The notes under the pieces are model-generated. The model saw nothing but the letters and a program-made list of their open reading frames with translations, made no database searches and was not told where the DNA came from. 64,000 bases of DNA from contig JAWBAI010000002.1 of the NCBI GenBank assembly GCA_038816475.1, forward strand, positions 64,001-128,000, written 5' to 3'. This document shows, piece after piece, positions 51,218 to 61,030 of this stretch. Each line of letters starts with the position of its first letter. Positions within the stretch are counted from its first letter, which is position 1. A program made the translations under genes and the position numbers. The stretch comes from Desulfurococcaceae archaeon (GTDB lineage: Archaea; Thermoproteota; Thermoprotei_A; Sulfolobales; Desulfurococcaceae).

Positions 51218-51637
51218 CTAGCTCGAAGCTTCTCCCCCGGACCTTAAGAAACCCGAAAGCCATGGACACGTGAGAGGATCGTAGAATCCCCCCTCATAAC
51301 ACCTGTTCGTATATTGACATGTAATACAGGGAACTTTTATAACGCTTAGAACAATCTCTCTTAAAGATAGTGGTGATTCTCCAAGTTTCTCGAGAACTTC
51401 GAGTATCTTTTTCTTGTCTATTCTTAGTATGTACGTGCGTCTTTTTCTGTGAACAACGGGTTCTCTTGAGACTAATCCCATCTTCTCGAGCTTGTACAGA
51501 GATTTAGACACGAGCTTTGGATCAAGGTTTATCATTGAAGGAACGTCGTTCTGGTATATCGGGTTTTCTACCTTGTATAGAAACCTCAGTATTTCGATAT
51601 CATACTTGTTTAACGAATTCGGCATATATAGCACCAA
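51218..51637 (-). CDS. Probable transcription factor E beta subunit (RPC34-like wHTH plus 4Fe-4S)
   Basis: N-terminal wHTH (IYQND...VSKSLYKLEKMGLVSRE), C-terminal PCxxC-x5-C-x10-C; adjacent to tfb and gar1. Confidence 0.8.
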   Translation of the reverse strand: MVLYMPNSLNKYDIEILRFLYKVENPIYQNDVPSMINLDPKLVSKSLYKLEKMGLVSREPVVHRKRRTYILRIDKKKILEVLEKLGESPLSLREIVLSVIKVPCITCQYTNRCYEGGFYDPLTCPWLSGFLRSGGEASS

Positions 51638-51790
51638 TAATCCATCACTAATCAGATACCTCTGTTATCTTTGTTGCACGGTGTAATATACTTAAACCAG
51701 CGAATCTTCACATGGATGTTAAAGGACCTCCTGGAGCCTACCTTAGAACAAGGAGTTTATCGTGTAGAAAACGGAATCCGAGATTTTCTT

Positions 51791-52666
51791 CTACATGATG
51801 ACATATATGTCAAGAGCTCTAACTAAAGCACTATAAGCGTTTCTAATGGCAACATCGGTTTGTCCAACAGTACTTCCTACCTCCATTTGAGTCTTCCTAC
51901 TATTCAGTAGTATGCTAGCAAGGTAAACTGCAGCTGCTGCTAGACTTGCAGGACTCTTACCACTTACCACCGGATGCTCTCTAACATTACCAACAATTTC
52001 GCTAGCCAATGCACCTATCTCGGGGGGTAATTTTAGCGATGATGTTACGTAGTTCACGTAGAAGCGGGGTTCGTTCGATTCAACAAGGGTTTTCGTATCC
52101 TTGTCCAGCTCGCTGAGCTTTCTGAGTCCATCCCATAGATCTCCTTCTTCTAGTCCCACCTCTTTCGCAAACAACTTTATGGGTCTTGGGTACCCGCACT
52201 TCTTATAAGCCGTGAACATTGCTGCAGCTACGACCTTCCTCAAAGTCTGCTCCTTAACATTCACATCTTTCATTATCTTATGGAGAATCTCGCCAGCCGT
52301 TTCAATTACAGCGCTTGGCGCGTTCAACCGCTTAGCCAAGTTATTCAACTCTCTGAGTGCTTTTACTAGTCTTCTGTGTTGCTTATCGAACTTAACATCG
52401 ATATTTCGCATAACCCATGTTCGCCCCTCTACTATGTGCCTTGTAATATTACCTGCAATCTCTGTTCCACCAACACCGTGATCGTGAACTCTATGAGTGA
52501 ATGAACCGCTGTACCGTGGTACATGGTTCTCTTTCAAGTTTCTCTCAGCACTCATAAGAATAGGTCTATCTTCAAGTACAGTACCACACGACGGACACAC
52601 ATACGCATGAAGGGTGAAATCGTATAGTATTTCCTCACAGCCGCAGTAACCGCATTTCATCGTCAA
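51791..52666 (-). CDS. tfb2: Second TFB paralogue (TFB2 type)
   Basis: CGYCG...CPSCG ribbon, HDHGVG, two cyclin repeats, SGKSP.SLAAA, TDVAIRN. Confidence 0.9.
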   Translation of the reverse strand: MTMKCGYCGCEEILYDFTLHAYVCPSCGTVLEDRPILMSAERNLKENHVPRYSGSFTHRVHDHGVGGTEIAGNITRHIVEGRTWVMRNIDVKFDKQHRRLVKALRELNNLAKRLNAPSAVIETAGEILHKIMKDVNVKEQTLRKVVAAAMFTAYKKCGYPRPIKLFAKEVGLEEGDLWDGLRKLSELDKDTKTLVESNEPRFYVNYVTSSLKLPPEIGALASEIVGNVREHPVVSGKSPASLAAAAVYLASILLNSRKTQMEVGSTVGQTDVAIRNAYSALVRALDIYVIM

Positions 52667-52677
52667 CCCCCTCTAAT

Positions 52678-52944
52678 TCAATTAACTTTAACCTTCCTGC
52701 GTTGTACGCTGTAGTATACTCTCTCCTTTCTCACAGCTAAGAACTCTCCCAGCTCCTTATCCAGTAGTTTTACCACTATGCGAGGGTTGTCGACCCTACC
52801 TATGACATCAATAACTGTTCCGAGCTTTCTACCGGAGCTATCAAAGACATCCCTGTACACTGTTTCAAGAACAGATTTTACGTGTGGTTTAACAATCAGG
52901 TAACCATCCTTAGTAAAAGTTTCAACTATTCCTAGCAATCGCAT
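52678..52944 (-). CDS. gar1: H/ACA RNP subunit Gar1
   Basis: LG.V, VFD..G.KLG.VIDVIG.V.NP; between srp19 and tfb2. Confidence 0.85.
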   Translation of the reverse strand: MRLLGIVETFTKDGYLIVKPHVKSVLETVYRDVFDSSGRKLGTVIDVIGRVDNPRIVVKLLDKELGEFLAVRKERVYYSVQRRKVKVN

Positions 52945-53237
52945 AAAATAACCTCGCTAGTTTCGTCGTAGATGGGATATTTCGTCTAAGTACTTTAAAA
53001 ATAACCACCTAAGCGATCCTATGTCCCTATTCAGGACCAATATAGCGGTTCCTTAACATGGTTTATTCAATTTCATCGTAATACTAAAGTGTGAAGGTTT
53101 ATGGATTGAAGTACAAACTTACATACGTGTATTTTGTAATACGATGCTCATACACATAAACTTACGGTTAACTAGGTTAATCAAAACAACAACTTGTTTG
53201 TGTAAATATACTCTGCATCACCGTATTGTTTAGAGCG

Positions 53238-53552
53238 TTACCGCTTTACTCCACGTATTTCTTTCAAAGCACGTGCTATCTCATAGATGGTTTTGAGCTT
53301 GCTGCCACGTTTGCTTACAATAACTCTCCCTTTGGCTCCGCTTCTACCGTGTCTCGGATATAGAGTGTTTTGTTCAACTTCCGCATTCAATCCAAGCACT
53401 CTGGCAGCTCTAACTATCTCTTCTAGGGTTGGATTAGGCACCGCTAAGCTCAAAGGTACACGTCTACCATTTTTTCTGCTCAAGTTGTAGTCCAGGTACG
53501 CTGGATAAATTATAATGCGTTTACCTTCGTAATCTCTTCGCAATAAGCTCAC
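53238..53552 (-). CDS. srp19: Signal recognition particle protein SRP19
   Basis: IYPAYLD...SRKNGRRVP...AV.NP, YPR, KGRV. Confidence 0.95.
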   Translation of the reverse strand: MSLLRRDYEGKRIIIYPAYLDYNLSRKNGRRVPLSLAVPNPTLEEIVRAARVLGLNAEVEQNTLYPRHGRSGAKGRVIVSKRGSKLKTIYEIARALKEIRGVKR

Positions 53553-53568
53553 TCTGCAAAAGAAAACA

Positions 53569-53949
53569 CTACTGTATGAGGACTCCGTTTAAAACGCCAT
53601 GCTGCCCGGGTCTTGACGTTATTTTAACAAGCCCTATCTCGGTTTTAACTACAGAGCCTTTAGATATTATCTTGAACTTCGCGTTCTGGGGGTTTTCAGG
53701 TGTCTCAACAACATCTAGTATTTTGACTTTCTTCGTAGTGCCATCTTTTAGTGCTACGTTAACATAGAGTGCTTTCTTGAGCCTTACTTTAATGTTTCCT
53801 CCGAAAACTCTTTCAATTACTTTTCTCTCTGTGGTACTCATAGTGGTTTTCGTAGGCGGTCCTCCGAGTTCGTATTTACGTTTATCTCGATGTTTACCCT
53901 TTAATCCTCCGCCGGGTTTTCTGAGGTCATTACCCTGATAATAAGACAT
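53569..53949 (-). CDS. rps8e: 30S ribosomal protein S8e
   Basis: YQGNDLRKPGGG, KRKYELG, TSRPGQHGVLN. Confidence 0.98.
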   Translation of the reverse strand: MSYYQGNDLRKPGGGLKGKHRDKRKYELGGPPTKTTMSTTERKVIERVFGGNIKVRLKKALYVNVALKDGTTKKVKILDVVETPENPQNAKFKIISKGSVVKTEIGLVKITSRPGQHGVLNGVLIQ

Positions 53950-54232
53950 CGCTCTTCACACCAACTTTATCACATAATAACCAAAAATGCCTTAAAAATA
54001 AACACAAGTAGTTAAGTAGCAGTTCTAGTGATGTAAGATTAGATCGAATGTTTCCTTGTATAGAATAGAGTCCTGCAGAATTTATTAACCTCTGAGGCTT
54101 GTAAGAAAACCCGGTAACCCCGGGCTCCTGAGCCCGTAGTAAACCTTTGTTGAAACCCATGATGAATCACAATAGGAAAATCGCAGAAACTCAAAGGACA
54201 TAAAGTGGTATCTATATACTTCTAAGTGTGAA

Positions 54233-55036
54233 GTGCTTATGAACAGGGGGTTCGTGCTGAGATTGACAAACATCATGCTTAAACCCGTTTACAGACTCTA
54301 CGAGAAATGGCTATGGCTTCAAATAAAGAATGGTCCTTTTCCAAGACACATTGGAATAATTCCGGATGGAAACAGAAGATGGGCTTATCGAATGGGTCTT
54401 CAACCTCATGAAGGTCATTTGTTTGGGTATGAGAAGATAAAGGAGGTCTTAAAATGGATATGGGACTTGAAGATAAAGTACGTGACTATATTCGCTATGA
54501 GCACGGAAAACTGCCTATATAGGAGTGATTACGAGCGACAACAACTGTTCAATCTTGCAAGGCAGGGCTTAGAGGAACTAATGAATATGCCGGAAATACA
54601 TGAATACGGAGTTAGAGTACGCGTCGTTGGAAGACTAGAGTATCTACCCCAGGAAGTTAGAAAAACCGCGATGGAGATAGAAGAAGCAACTAAAAACAAT
54701 AGCAACTACATGCTTGTAATAGCTCTTTGCTACGGTGGTAGGCAGGATATCCTGGATGCAGTAAGGAGACTAGCTATAGATGTTCAAGAAGGTAGGTTAA
54801 CACCGTCCAGTATATCCGAGGAGATTTTTACAAAGTATCTTTCAACAGGTGATGTCCCAGACGTGGACCTGGTTGTGAGGACAAGTGGGGAGGAGAGAAT
54901 AAGCAACTTTTTGCTATGGCATTTAGCTTATAGTGAGCTGTACTTCTGCGAAGCGTACTGGCCTGAGTTTAGGAAAATCGACCTCTGGAGAGCCATTAGA
55001 AGCTATCAGAGAAGGGAAAGACGTTTTGGTCGTTGA
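54233..55036 (+). CDS. uppS: cis-Polyprenyl diphosphate synthase
   Basis: HIGIIPDGNRRWA, STEN, YGGR, RTSGEERISNFLLW, RERRFG; start uncertain. Confidence 0.96.
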   Translation: MLMNRGFVLRLTNIMLKPVYRLYEKWLWLQIKNGPFPRHIGIIPDGNRRWAYRMGLQPHEGHLFGYEKIKEVLKWIWDLKIKYVTIFAMSTENCLYRSDYERQQLFNLARQGLEELMNMPEIHEYGVRVRVVGRLEYLPQEVRKTAMEIEEATKNNSNYMLVIALCYGGRQDILDAVRRLAIDVQEGRLTPSSISEEIFTKYLSTGDVPDVDLVVRTSGEERISNFLLWHLAYSELYFCEAYWPEFRKIDLWRAIRSYQRRERRFGR

Positions 55037-55041
55037 AAATT

Positions 55042-55947
55042 TTACTCATCATCGGTTACACCGTACATTATCTTAAGTTCTTCTATTGAAAACTTCTTCC
55101 TAGGTCTTTGCTGGATCTCCTGCATAATCTTCTCCTTCTTGTTATTGAGAAGTGCTATTTTCTTTAGTTCGTTTATTTTTCTGATTACTTCACTGTGCTT
55201 TTGCTTCAAGGCGTTGACCTTGGATGTTTGAACAACTATTTCGTCGCCTGTTCTTTTAATTTCCTCGCCTATAGTTGCTATACGTTGTTTTACCTCATTG
55301 TACCTGGATACTAGTTTCGTGAGCTCATTCTCGAGTTCTCCTATGCTAGTACTCTTAGCGCTAATACTATCTTTTAGTTGCTTGATTTTTTCAGATAGAT
55401 TTCTAATCTCTACTTTAAGGGATTCCCTGATCGCTCTTAACTCGAGTACTTCTTCTCTGCTTTTAGTCGCTGCTAGCGCTTTTTCGTAGAGCGACATGTA
55501 CGCTCTTAGTTTTTCAATCCACTTTGCTTCCTCTTCAACTGTTAATGCTGTAGTTTGTATTTTCCACTCTATTTCATCTATCTTCTTCTTGATAGCGCTA
55601 ACTGGCAGTTTAGCCTCCTTGGCAAGTGCCCGGGCTACAGTTGTTTTCTCGTTTATTAGCTCTTTTAACGCTTTGAGCTCGTTTATTGCTTTTCGTCGCT
55701 CAGCTACAGTGTTCTTAAGTTCTTTTAAAAGCTCTCTGCGCTCCTCCTTCAGTTTTCTCATATTAGCTTTAATAGAACGGATTTTTTCCAAAAGTTTGAT
55801 TTTGTCTTCTCTGAGTTTTTTCAACTCGGACTGTAGTGTAATCTGGTGTTCACGTAGTTTCTTGATGGTTTCCCGAGTTCTAGCTATTTCATCCAGCAGT
55901 CTTTCAGCTTCTTCGTGAAGAAGCGATATGTCGGAATCAATACTCAT
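55042..55947 (-). CDS. Archaeal long coiled-coil protein (COG1340-like)
   Basis: Heptad repeats; IEWKIQTT.LT.EEE motif; C-terminal KFSIEELKI. Confidence 0.8.
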   Translation of the reverse strand: MSIDSDISLLHEEAERLLDEIARTRETIKKLREHQITLQSELKKLREDKIKLLEKIRSIKANMRKLKEERRELLKELKNTVAERRKAINELKALKELINEKTTVARALAKEAKLPVSAIKKKIDEIEWKIQTTALTVEEEAKWIEKLRAYMSLYEKALAATKSREEVLELRAIRESLKVEIRNLSEKIKQLKDSISAKSTSIGELENELTKLVSRYNEVKQRIATIGEEIKRTGDEIVVQTSKVNALKQKHSEVIRKINELKKIALLNNKKEKIMQEIQQRPRKKFSIEELKIMYGVTDDE

Positions 55948-55964
55948 GTACTTTTAAAGCACCT

Positions 55965-56660
55965 CTACTTGCTAATTATCACTCTAACATCAACAGCTAT
56001 TGCTCCCTTCGGGTACGCGATTACGGGGTTTAGGTCTATTGACTCGATCTCAGGGTTCTCGTCGAGGAGTTTAGAGGTTTTAACTATGATATCAGCAATA
56101 GCGTGCTTATCAACGGGTGGTTGACCTCTGTAACCGTTGAGTATGCTAGATGATTTTATCTCCTCGATCATCTCTAGTGCATCTTCGTATGTTATGGGTG
56201 TTATTCTGAAGGAAACATCCCTTAGTACTTCAACGAATATTCCACCTAAACCAAACATTACTGCTGGCCCAAAAACGTTGTCTCTTACTCCTCCCACGAT
56301 TACCTCGAGGCCTGGTGGTGCCATATTATACATTAGTACTCCTTCAATACGCGCGTGTGGCGCCCTTTGAGAAACAAGAGTGAGCATTTCTTCTAATGCT
56401 TTAGCGACTTCCTCCTTGCTCATTAAACCCAGCTTAACACCTCCTACATCGCTTTTGTGAGTTATATCTGGTGACACGATCTTGAGAGCTATTGGGTATC
56501 CTACGGTGTCAGCCAGCTGGTATGCTTCCAGGGGTGATTTTACAAGGTATGCTTTAGGTGTTCTTATTCCGTAATAGGTTGCAAGTTCAAAAGCTTCGTG
56601 TTCGAGGAGCTTTGTTCTATCCTCCTGAATAGCCTTTCTGATGATTTCTCGTGGTGTCAT
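55965..56660 (-). CDS. acdB: ADP-forming acetyl/acyl-CoA synthetase beta subunit
   Basis: GYP.ALKIVSPDITHKSDVGGV, FGP.VMFGLGGIFVE, DLNPV. Confidence 0.94.
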   Translation of the reverse strand: MTPREIIRKAIQEDRTKLLEHEAFELATYYGIRTPKAYLVKSPLEAYQLADTVGYPIALKIVSPDITHKSDVGGVKLGLMSKEEVAKALEEMLTLVSQRAPHARIEGVLMYNMAPPGLEVIVGGVRDNVFGPAVMFGLGGIFVEVLRDVSFRITPITYEDALEMIEEIKSSSILNGYRGQPPVDKHAIADIIVKTSKLLDENPEIESIDLNPVIAYPKGAIAVDVRVIISK

Positions 56661-56668
56661 GAAGATCC

Positions 56669-58069
56669 CTACCTTTGAATTTCTCTTCTCTTAATTAGGC
56701 TGTATTGGTAGAGGGATTTTAATGCCTTTGCAAGCCTCTCGGGTGATTCAAACACGGTTACACCTCCCTCTTGGAGTTTTCTAGCCGTTTCCATTGCTAT
56801 TTCGCTTCCAATAGTCAAAGCAACAATGGGTTTTTCAAACTCGTTCTTCAGCTTTACTATATGGTCTACAAAAGTACCCTTTATTCCCGGAACCTGTGGA
56901 AGAGCCACCACAACTATAGCATCTACATCCTCTCTTCTTACTAAAACGTCGAGAACTCTAATGTAGCGTTCATCGTCGGTATCACCAGTTAAGTCTATGG
57001 GGTTATCAATAATGCAGTGCCTTGGAAGCTCCTTTCTCAATTGCTCTCTAAGGTCAGGTGGTGTTAATGGTACTTCAAACCCGTTGCTGGTTAAAGCATC
57101 TGTCAACATTACACCTACACCACCAGCGTCTGTTACTATGTAGACTCTGTTACCCTTCATCAGTGGCTGATCCAGTAGTATTCTTACCATGTCCATCATT
57201 TCGTCAAAACTCTCAGCCTCCAGTACACCCGCTTGCTTGAACGCTGCTCTGTAAACACCGTAATCACCAGCCAGAGCAGCCGTATGGCTAGCTGCTGCAC
57301 GCCCCCCTCTACCTGTTTTCCCGGCTTTGTATACGACCACCGGCTTCTTTTTGACCACTCTTCTAGCAACATTGAGAAGCGCTTTTCCTCTACCGGGTTT
57401 AAAGCCCTCAACGTACATTAGGATGACTTTAGTTTTATCATCTTCACCCAGGAAATCCAGTAGCTCTACATCATCTACATCTATCTTGTTCCCATAGCTT
57501 ATAGCTCTCGAAACACCTATGCCGTAATACGCCATCCAATCCATGAGCGCTGTTGCGAATGCACCACTCTGGCTTATAAACCCCACATATCCTCTCGGTG
57601 GTTTCCTCATCTTAGTTGTGAAGAACGTATCTACACCACTCCAGTTGTCGAACACCCCGATGCAGTTTGGTCCTATGACTCTGATCCCGTACTCACGGGA
57701 TATCTTGATAACCTTGTCCTCCAGTAGTTCACCCTCTGGTGTTCCTGTCTCGCGGAATCCGCCGCTTATGATGATAACAGCTTTAGTGCCTTTTTCACCT
57801 AGCTCGGAGAGAGCGTCTGGCACGCTTGGTGCAGGTATAACTATAACCCCTAGGTCTGGGGTCTCAGGTACATCTCTTATGCTTCTATAGCACTTTAGAC
57901 CCAGAACTTCGTCGTAGTGAGGGTTTACTGGGTATATTCTGCCTTTGAACTTCAACACGAAGTTCTCAAGTATAGCACGTCCAACTTTACCTTCCTTTGG
58001 CGTTGCACCAACAATTACAACACTCTCCGGGTAAAAGAACTTGGTTAGACTTGCATGTCCCACGTTCAC
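56669..58069 (-). CDS. acdA: ADP-forming acetyl/acyl-CoA synthetase alpha subunit
   Basis: CoA-binding GAT...KVG, IGPNC.G, SQSG, AASHT phospho-His, NPIDLTGD. Confidence 0.94.
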   Translation of the reverse strand: MNVGHASLTKFFYPESVVIVGATPKEGKVGRAILENFVLKFKGRIYPVNPHYDEVLGLKCYRSIRDVPETPDLGVIVIPAPSVPDALSELGEKGTKAVIIISGGFRETGTPEGELLEDKVIKISREYGIRVIGPNCIGVFDNWSGVDTFFTTKMRKPPRGYVGFISQSGAFATALMDWMAYYGIGVSRAISYGNKIDVDDVELLDFLGEDDKTKVILMYVEGFKPGRGKALLNVARRVVKKKPVVVYKAGKTGRGGRAAASHTAALAGDYGVYRAAFKQAGVLEAESFDEMMDMVRILLDQPLMKGNRVYIVTDAGGVGVMLTDALTSNGFEVPLTPPDLREQLRKELPRHCIIDNPIDLTGDTDDERYIRVLDVLVRREDVDAIVVVALPQVPGIKGTFVDHIVKLKNEFEKPIVALTIGSEIAMETARKLQEGGVTVFESPERLAKALKSLYQYSLIKRREIQR

Positions 58070-58203
58070 GGTTATTCACCGGGGCAATGAATCAATACCA
58101 CGAGTATATGATGAGCTCGTGACTTAATAACCGGTTCCCAAAAGCCTGAGGACCCGGAACTCGGAGTAAAACATATAACTACAACTTACTTTTACGACTC
58201 ACG

Positions 58204-59658
58204 GTGAACCTCTGCTTGAGCGTGGACGAAAGCCTACTCCAGGAGCTGGTGGATAAGGGTAGAGAACTAGGAGCTTCCTATGTAGAATCGCGATACCACG
58301 AGAACCGTGGATTTCTAGTGAACGTGCGAAACGGAAAACCCATAGGTATATCCTACATCAAGGAGAGTGGTGTTGGTATAAGGGTTCTTGTAAACGGATC
58401 TCTGGGGTTCGCGGCAACTTCGGATACCACCAGAGAATCCCTACTGAACGCTCTTAAAGCTGCCATAACCCGCGCAAAAGCTTTAAGCAGGCTGAGAAAG
58501 AGCCCTATTGAGTTTTCAGAGGAAAAACTGGGTGTTGTAAACTACGGAGTTGTAGAAAGAAAACCTGTTGAAACCTATGTAACCCCTGACGCTGCACTGA
58601 GTTTACTATCTGAAATCTACAAGTTGTCTACTGAGAGTGTGAAGGAGGCTAAGCTGGCTGTTATGACCGGTATGTTTAGAGTACTCATCGAAGAAAAAAC
58701 CATTGTAACATCTGATGGTGGATGCGTACGCTCCAGAATACCAAGGCTGTACGCGTTCCTCCAGAGTACCCTTGTTCACCAGCGTGGATCCCTTCAAAAA
58801 GTAAGAGAGTTTGGTTCATCCGGAGGAGTTGAGAAGATAGAGGAGTGGAACATCCAAAGCAGAATTGTTGAAGAGCTTCGCGCTCTTGAAAATGTCCTAG
58901 TTAGAGGAGTTGAACCTCCTAAGGAGAAAGTAGATGTAGTACTTGGACCCGAGGTTGTTGGACTGATCGTTCACGAGTCTTCCGGCCACCCCATGGAGGC
59001 TGATAGGATTCTCGGAAGAGAAGCTGCACAAGCAGGTGAATCCTACGTGAAACCAGACATGATCGGAGTGTTCAAGGTTGGCAACAAGTACGCCACCGTA
59101 GTCGACGATCCCACAATACCCGGTAGCTACGGGTTCTTCCTCTACGACGACGAGTGCGTTAAAGCAAGACCTAGGTACCTCTACAAGGAGGGCTTAATCA
59201 ACGAACCTCTGCACAATAGACACACAGCTAAGATCCTTCGAACCAGTAGTAATGGAGCAGCTAGGTCGATGAACTTCGCATCAGAACCCATAGTAAGGAT
59301 GAGCAACACTTATCTACTGCCAGGAGACATGGAGTTCGAGGAGCTTATAGAAGACATAGACCTGGGCATATACGTCAAGTCTTACATGGAGTGGAACATT
59401 GACGACGTACGGTGGAACCAAAGATACGTAGGACTTGAAGCCTACATGATAAGGAACGGAGAACTTGCAGAACCTGTTCGAAACCCCGTTCTAGAGTTCA
59501 CAACGGGTTGGTTTTACAACAACATTGTAGCCGTAGACAAGAACCTTACCTTCTTCCCTGGAACCTGCGGTAAAGGTGAACCATCTCAAGGAGTACCCGT
59601 ATGGTTCGGTGGTCCCAACGTTAGATTAGCAAAAATGACAGTAGGTGTTCTGGGATGA
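58204..59658 (+). CDS. tldD: TldD family metalloprotease
   Basis: HESSGH (HExxxH), DDPT, RMSNT, CGKGEP.Q. Confidence 0.94.
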   Translation: MNLCLSVDESLLQELVDKGRELGASYVESRYHENRGFLVNVRNGKPIGISYIKESGVGIRVLVNGSLGFAATSDTTRESLLNALKAAITRAKALSRLRKSPIEFSEEKLGVVNYGVVERKPVETYVTPDAALSLLSEIYKLSTESVKEAKLAVMTGMFRVLIEEKTIVTSDGGCVRSRIPRLYAFLQSTLVHQRGSLQKVREFGSSGGVEKIEEWNIQSRIVEELRALENVLVRGVEPPKEKVDVVLGPEVVGLIVHESSGHPMEADRILGREAAQAGESYVKPDMIGVFKVGNKYATVVDDPTIPGSYGFFLYDDECVKARPRYLYKEGLINEPLHNRHTAKILRTSSNGAARSMNFASEPIVRMSNTYLLPGDMEFEELIEDIDLGIYVKSYMEWNIDDVRWNQRYVGLEAYMIRNGELAEPVRNPVLEFTTGWFYNNIVAVDKNLTFFPGTCGKGEPSQGVPVWFGGPNVRLAKMTVGVLG

Positions 59659-60983
59659 GTGACGTAGAAGTTCTACGTAAGATAGTGAATGAGCTCTCAA
59701 GAACGTACGATGACGTAGCTATTGTTCTAAACAAAGCGGAAAGAGTCATGGTTAAACTCTGGAACACGGAGCCATCTGTGGTTCAAAACTGGTTCGACTG
59801 GGATCTCGGAGTAAGATTATCGAAGAACAGACGTATGTGGATACTATGGCTTTACTCGAAAGACCCCGAGTACATTCTGAAAAGCTCAAACAAGCTCCTG
59901 GAACTAGCAGATAAAATCGAGGAGTCTGAAATATACTCACCTCTCCCTGAACCATCCAAGTGTAGTCCCCTGGAAAACGCGTACGATCACAACGTGGAGA
60001 AGTACATGGAGGATCCGTCGAAACCAGTAGAGCTAATGGTGAACGAAGCTCTCTCCCAACACGTGGAAAGAGTAGCTGGAATGCTAACACTTGGAAAACT
60101 CAGCAAGACACTCATAACCAGCAAGGGATTCGAGTGCGAGGAGACAAAAACCTTTGTAGAAGCATATCTAAGAGCGTTCAAGAAGGAGCACAGCGGGCAC
60201 TGGGCCTACGGTTCTACCCGCGTTGATTTTGAAAAATTAAAAACAGTTGGTCAAAAAGCAGGATACTACGCAACATTAACAGAGAGAAAAGCGGACTTCA
60301 CCCCTGGGAAGTACAACATTGTTGTTTCCCCACTAGTTGCTGGTAACTTGTTTAACTACATTGCAAGAATGTCTTCAGCTCTCATGATACTCTCAGGTTT
60401 CTCGTTCTTAGCTAAGTTCACACCTGGAAGTAGAATAGCCTCTGACAAGCTGTCACTCTACGATAAACCTAGAGATCCACTATTACACGGAGGTACAGGC
60501 TTCGACGATGAAGGAACACCGTCCTACAATAAGCCCATCGTAGAAAAAGGCGTTTATGCTACAATGTTACACAATACGGGTACAGCTAAAAGATTCGGGG
60601 TAGCATCAACAGGTAATGCTGGGTGGATCATGCCAAGACCATGGAACATTGAAATTTCAAGTGGAGAACTGAGAGAAGATGAACTAGTGCAGGAGCTTAG
60701 AGACGGAGTTCTAATAACAAACAACTGGTATACAAGATTGCAAAACTACTTTGAAGGCTACTTCTCGACAGTTACAAGGGATGCTACCCTACTCGTTAGG
60801 AATGGAGAAATCATCGGCAATATTGGCAGAGTAAGAATAACAAGTAGCTTCCCATATTTACTCTCCAATATCAAAGACATGACGAGAACTGTCTACGATA
60901 TAGCATGGTGGGAAGTAAGTATACCTACGAGAGCACCGTACATTATAGTACAAAACGTTCAGCTAACGAAACCCGAAGTCTAG
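59655..60983 (+). CDS. pmbA: TldE/PmbA family protein
   Basis: ATGA overlap with tldD; PG.Y, FDDEG.P, STGNAG, NNWYTR; no HExxxH. Confidence 0.9.
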   Translation: MSDVEVLRKIVNELSRTYDDVAIVLNKAERVMVKLWNTEPSVVQNWFDWDLGVRLSKNRRMWILWLYSKDPEYILKSSNKLLELADKIEESEIYSPLPEPSKCSPLENAYDHNVEKYMEDPSKPVELMVNEALSQHVERVAGMLTLGKLSKTLITSKGFECEETKTFVEAYLRAFKKEHSGHWAYGSTRVDFEKLKTVGQKAGYYATLTERKADFTPGKYNIVVSPLVAGNLFNYIARMSSALMILSGFSFLAKFTPGSRIASDKLSLYDKPRDPLLHGGTGFDDEGTPSYNKPIVEKGVYATMLHNTGTAKRFGVASTGNAGWIMPRPWNIEISSGELREDELVQELRDGVLITNNWYTRLQNYFEGYFSTVTRDATLLVRNGEIIGNIGRVRITSSFPYLLSNIKDMTRTVYDIAWWEVSIPTRAPYIIVQNVQLTKPEV

Positions 60984-61030
60984 GCTTTTTCTCAGACCTA
61001 TGGTTAAAAAGGTCCTGGCGAGAACTCTGT

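Noticed and set aside
53950-54232. Possible SRP (7S) RNA next to rps8e/srp19
   Set aside because: The gap is mostly AT-rich and lacks the helix-8 motif and the long GC-rich helices.
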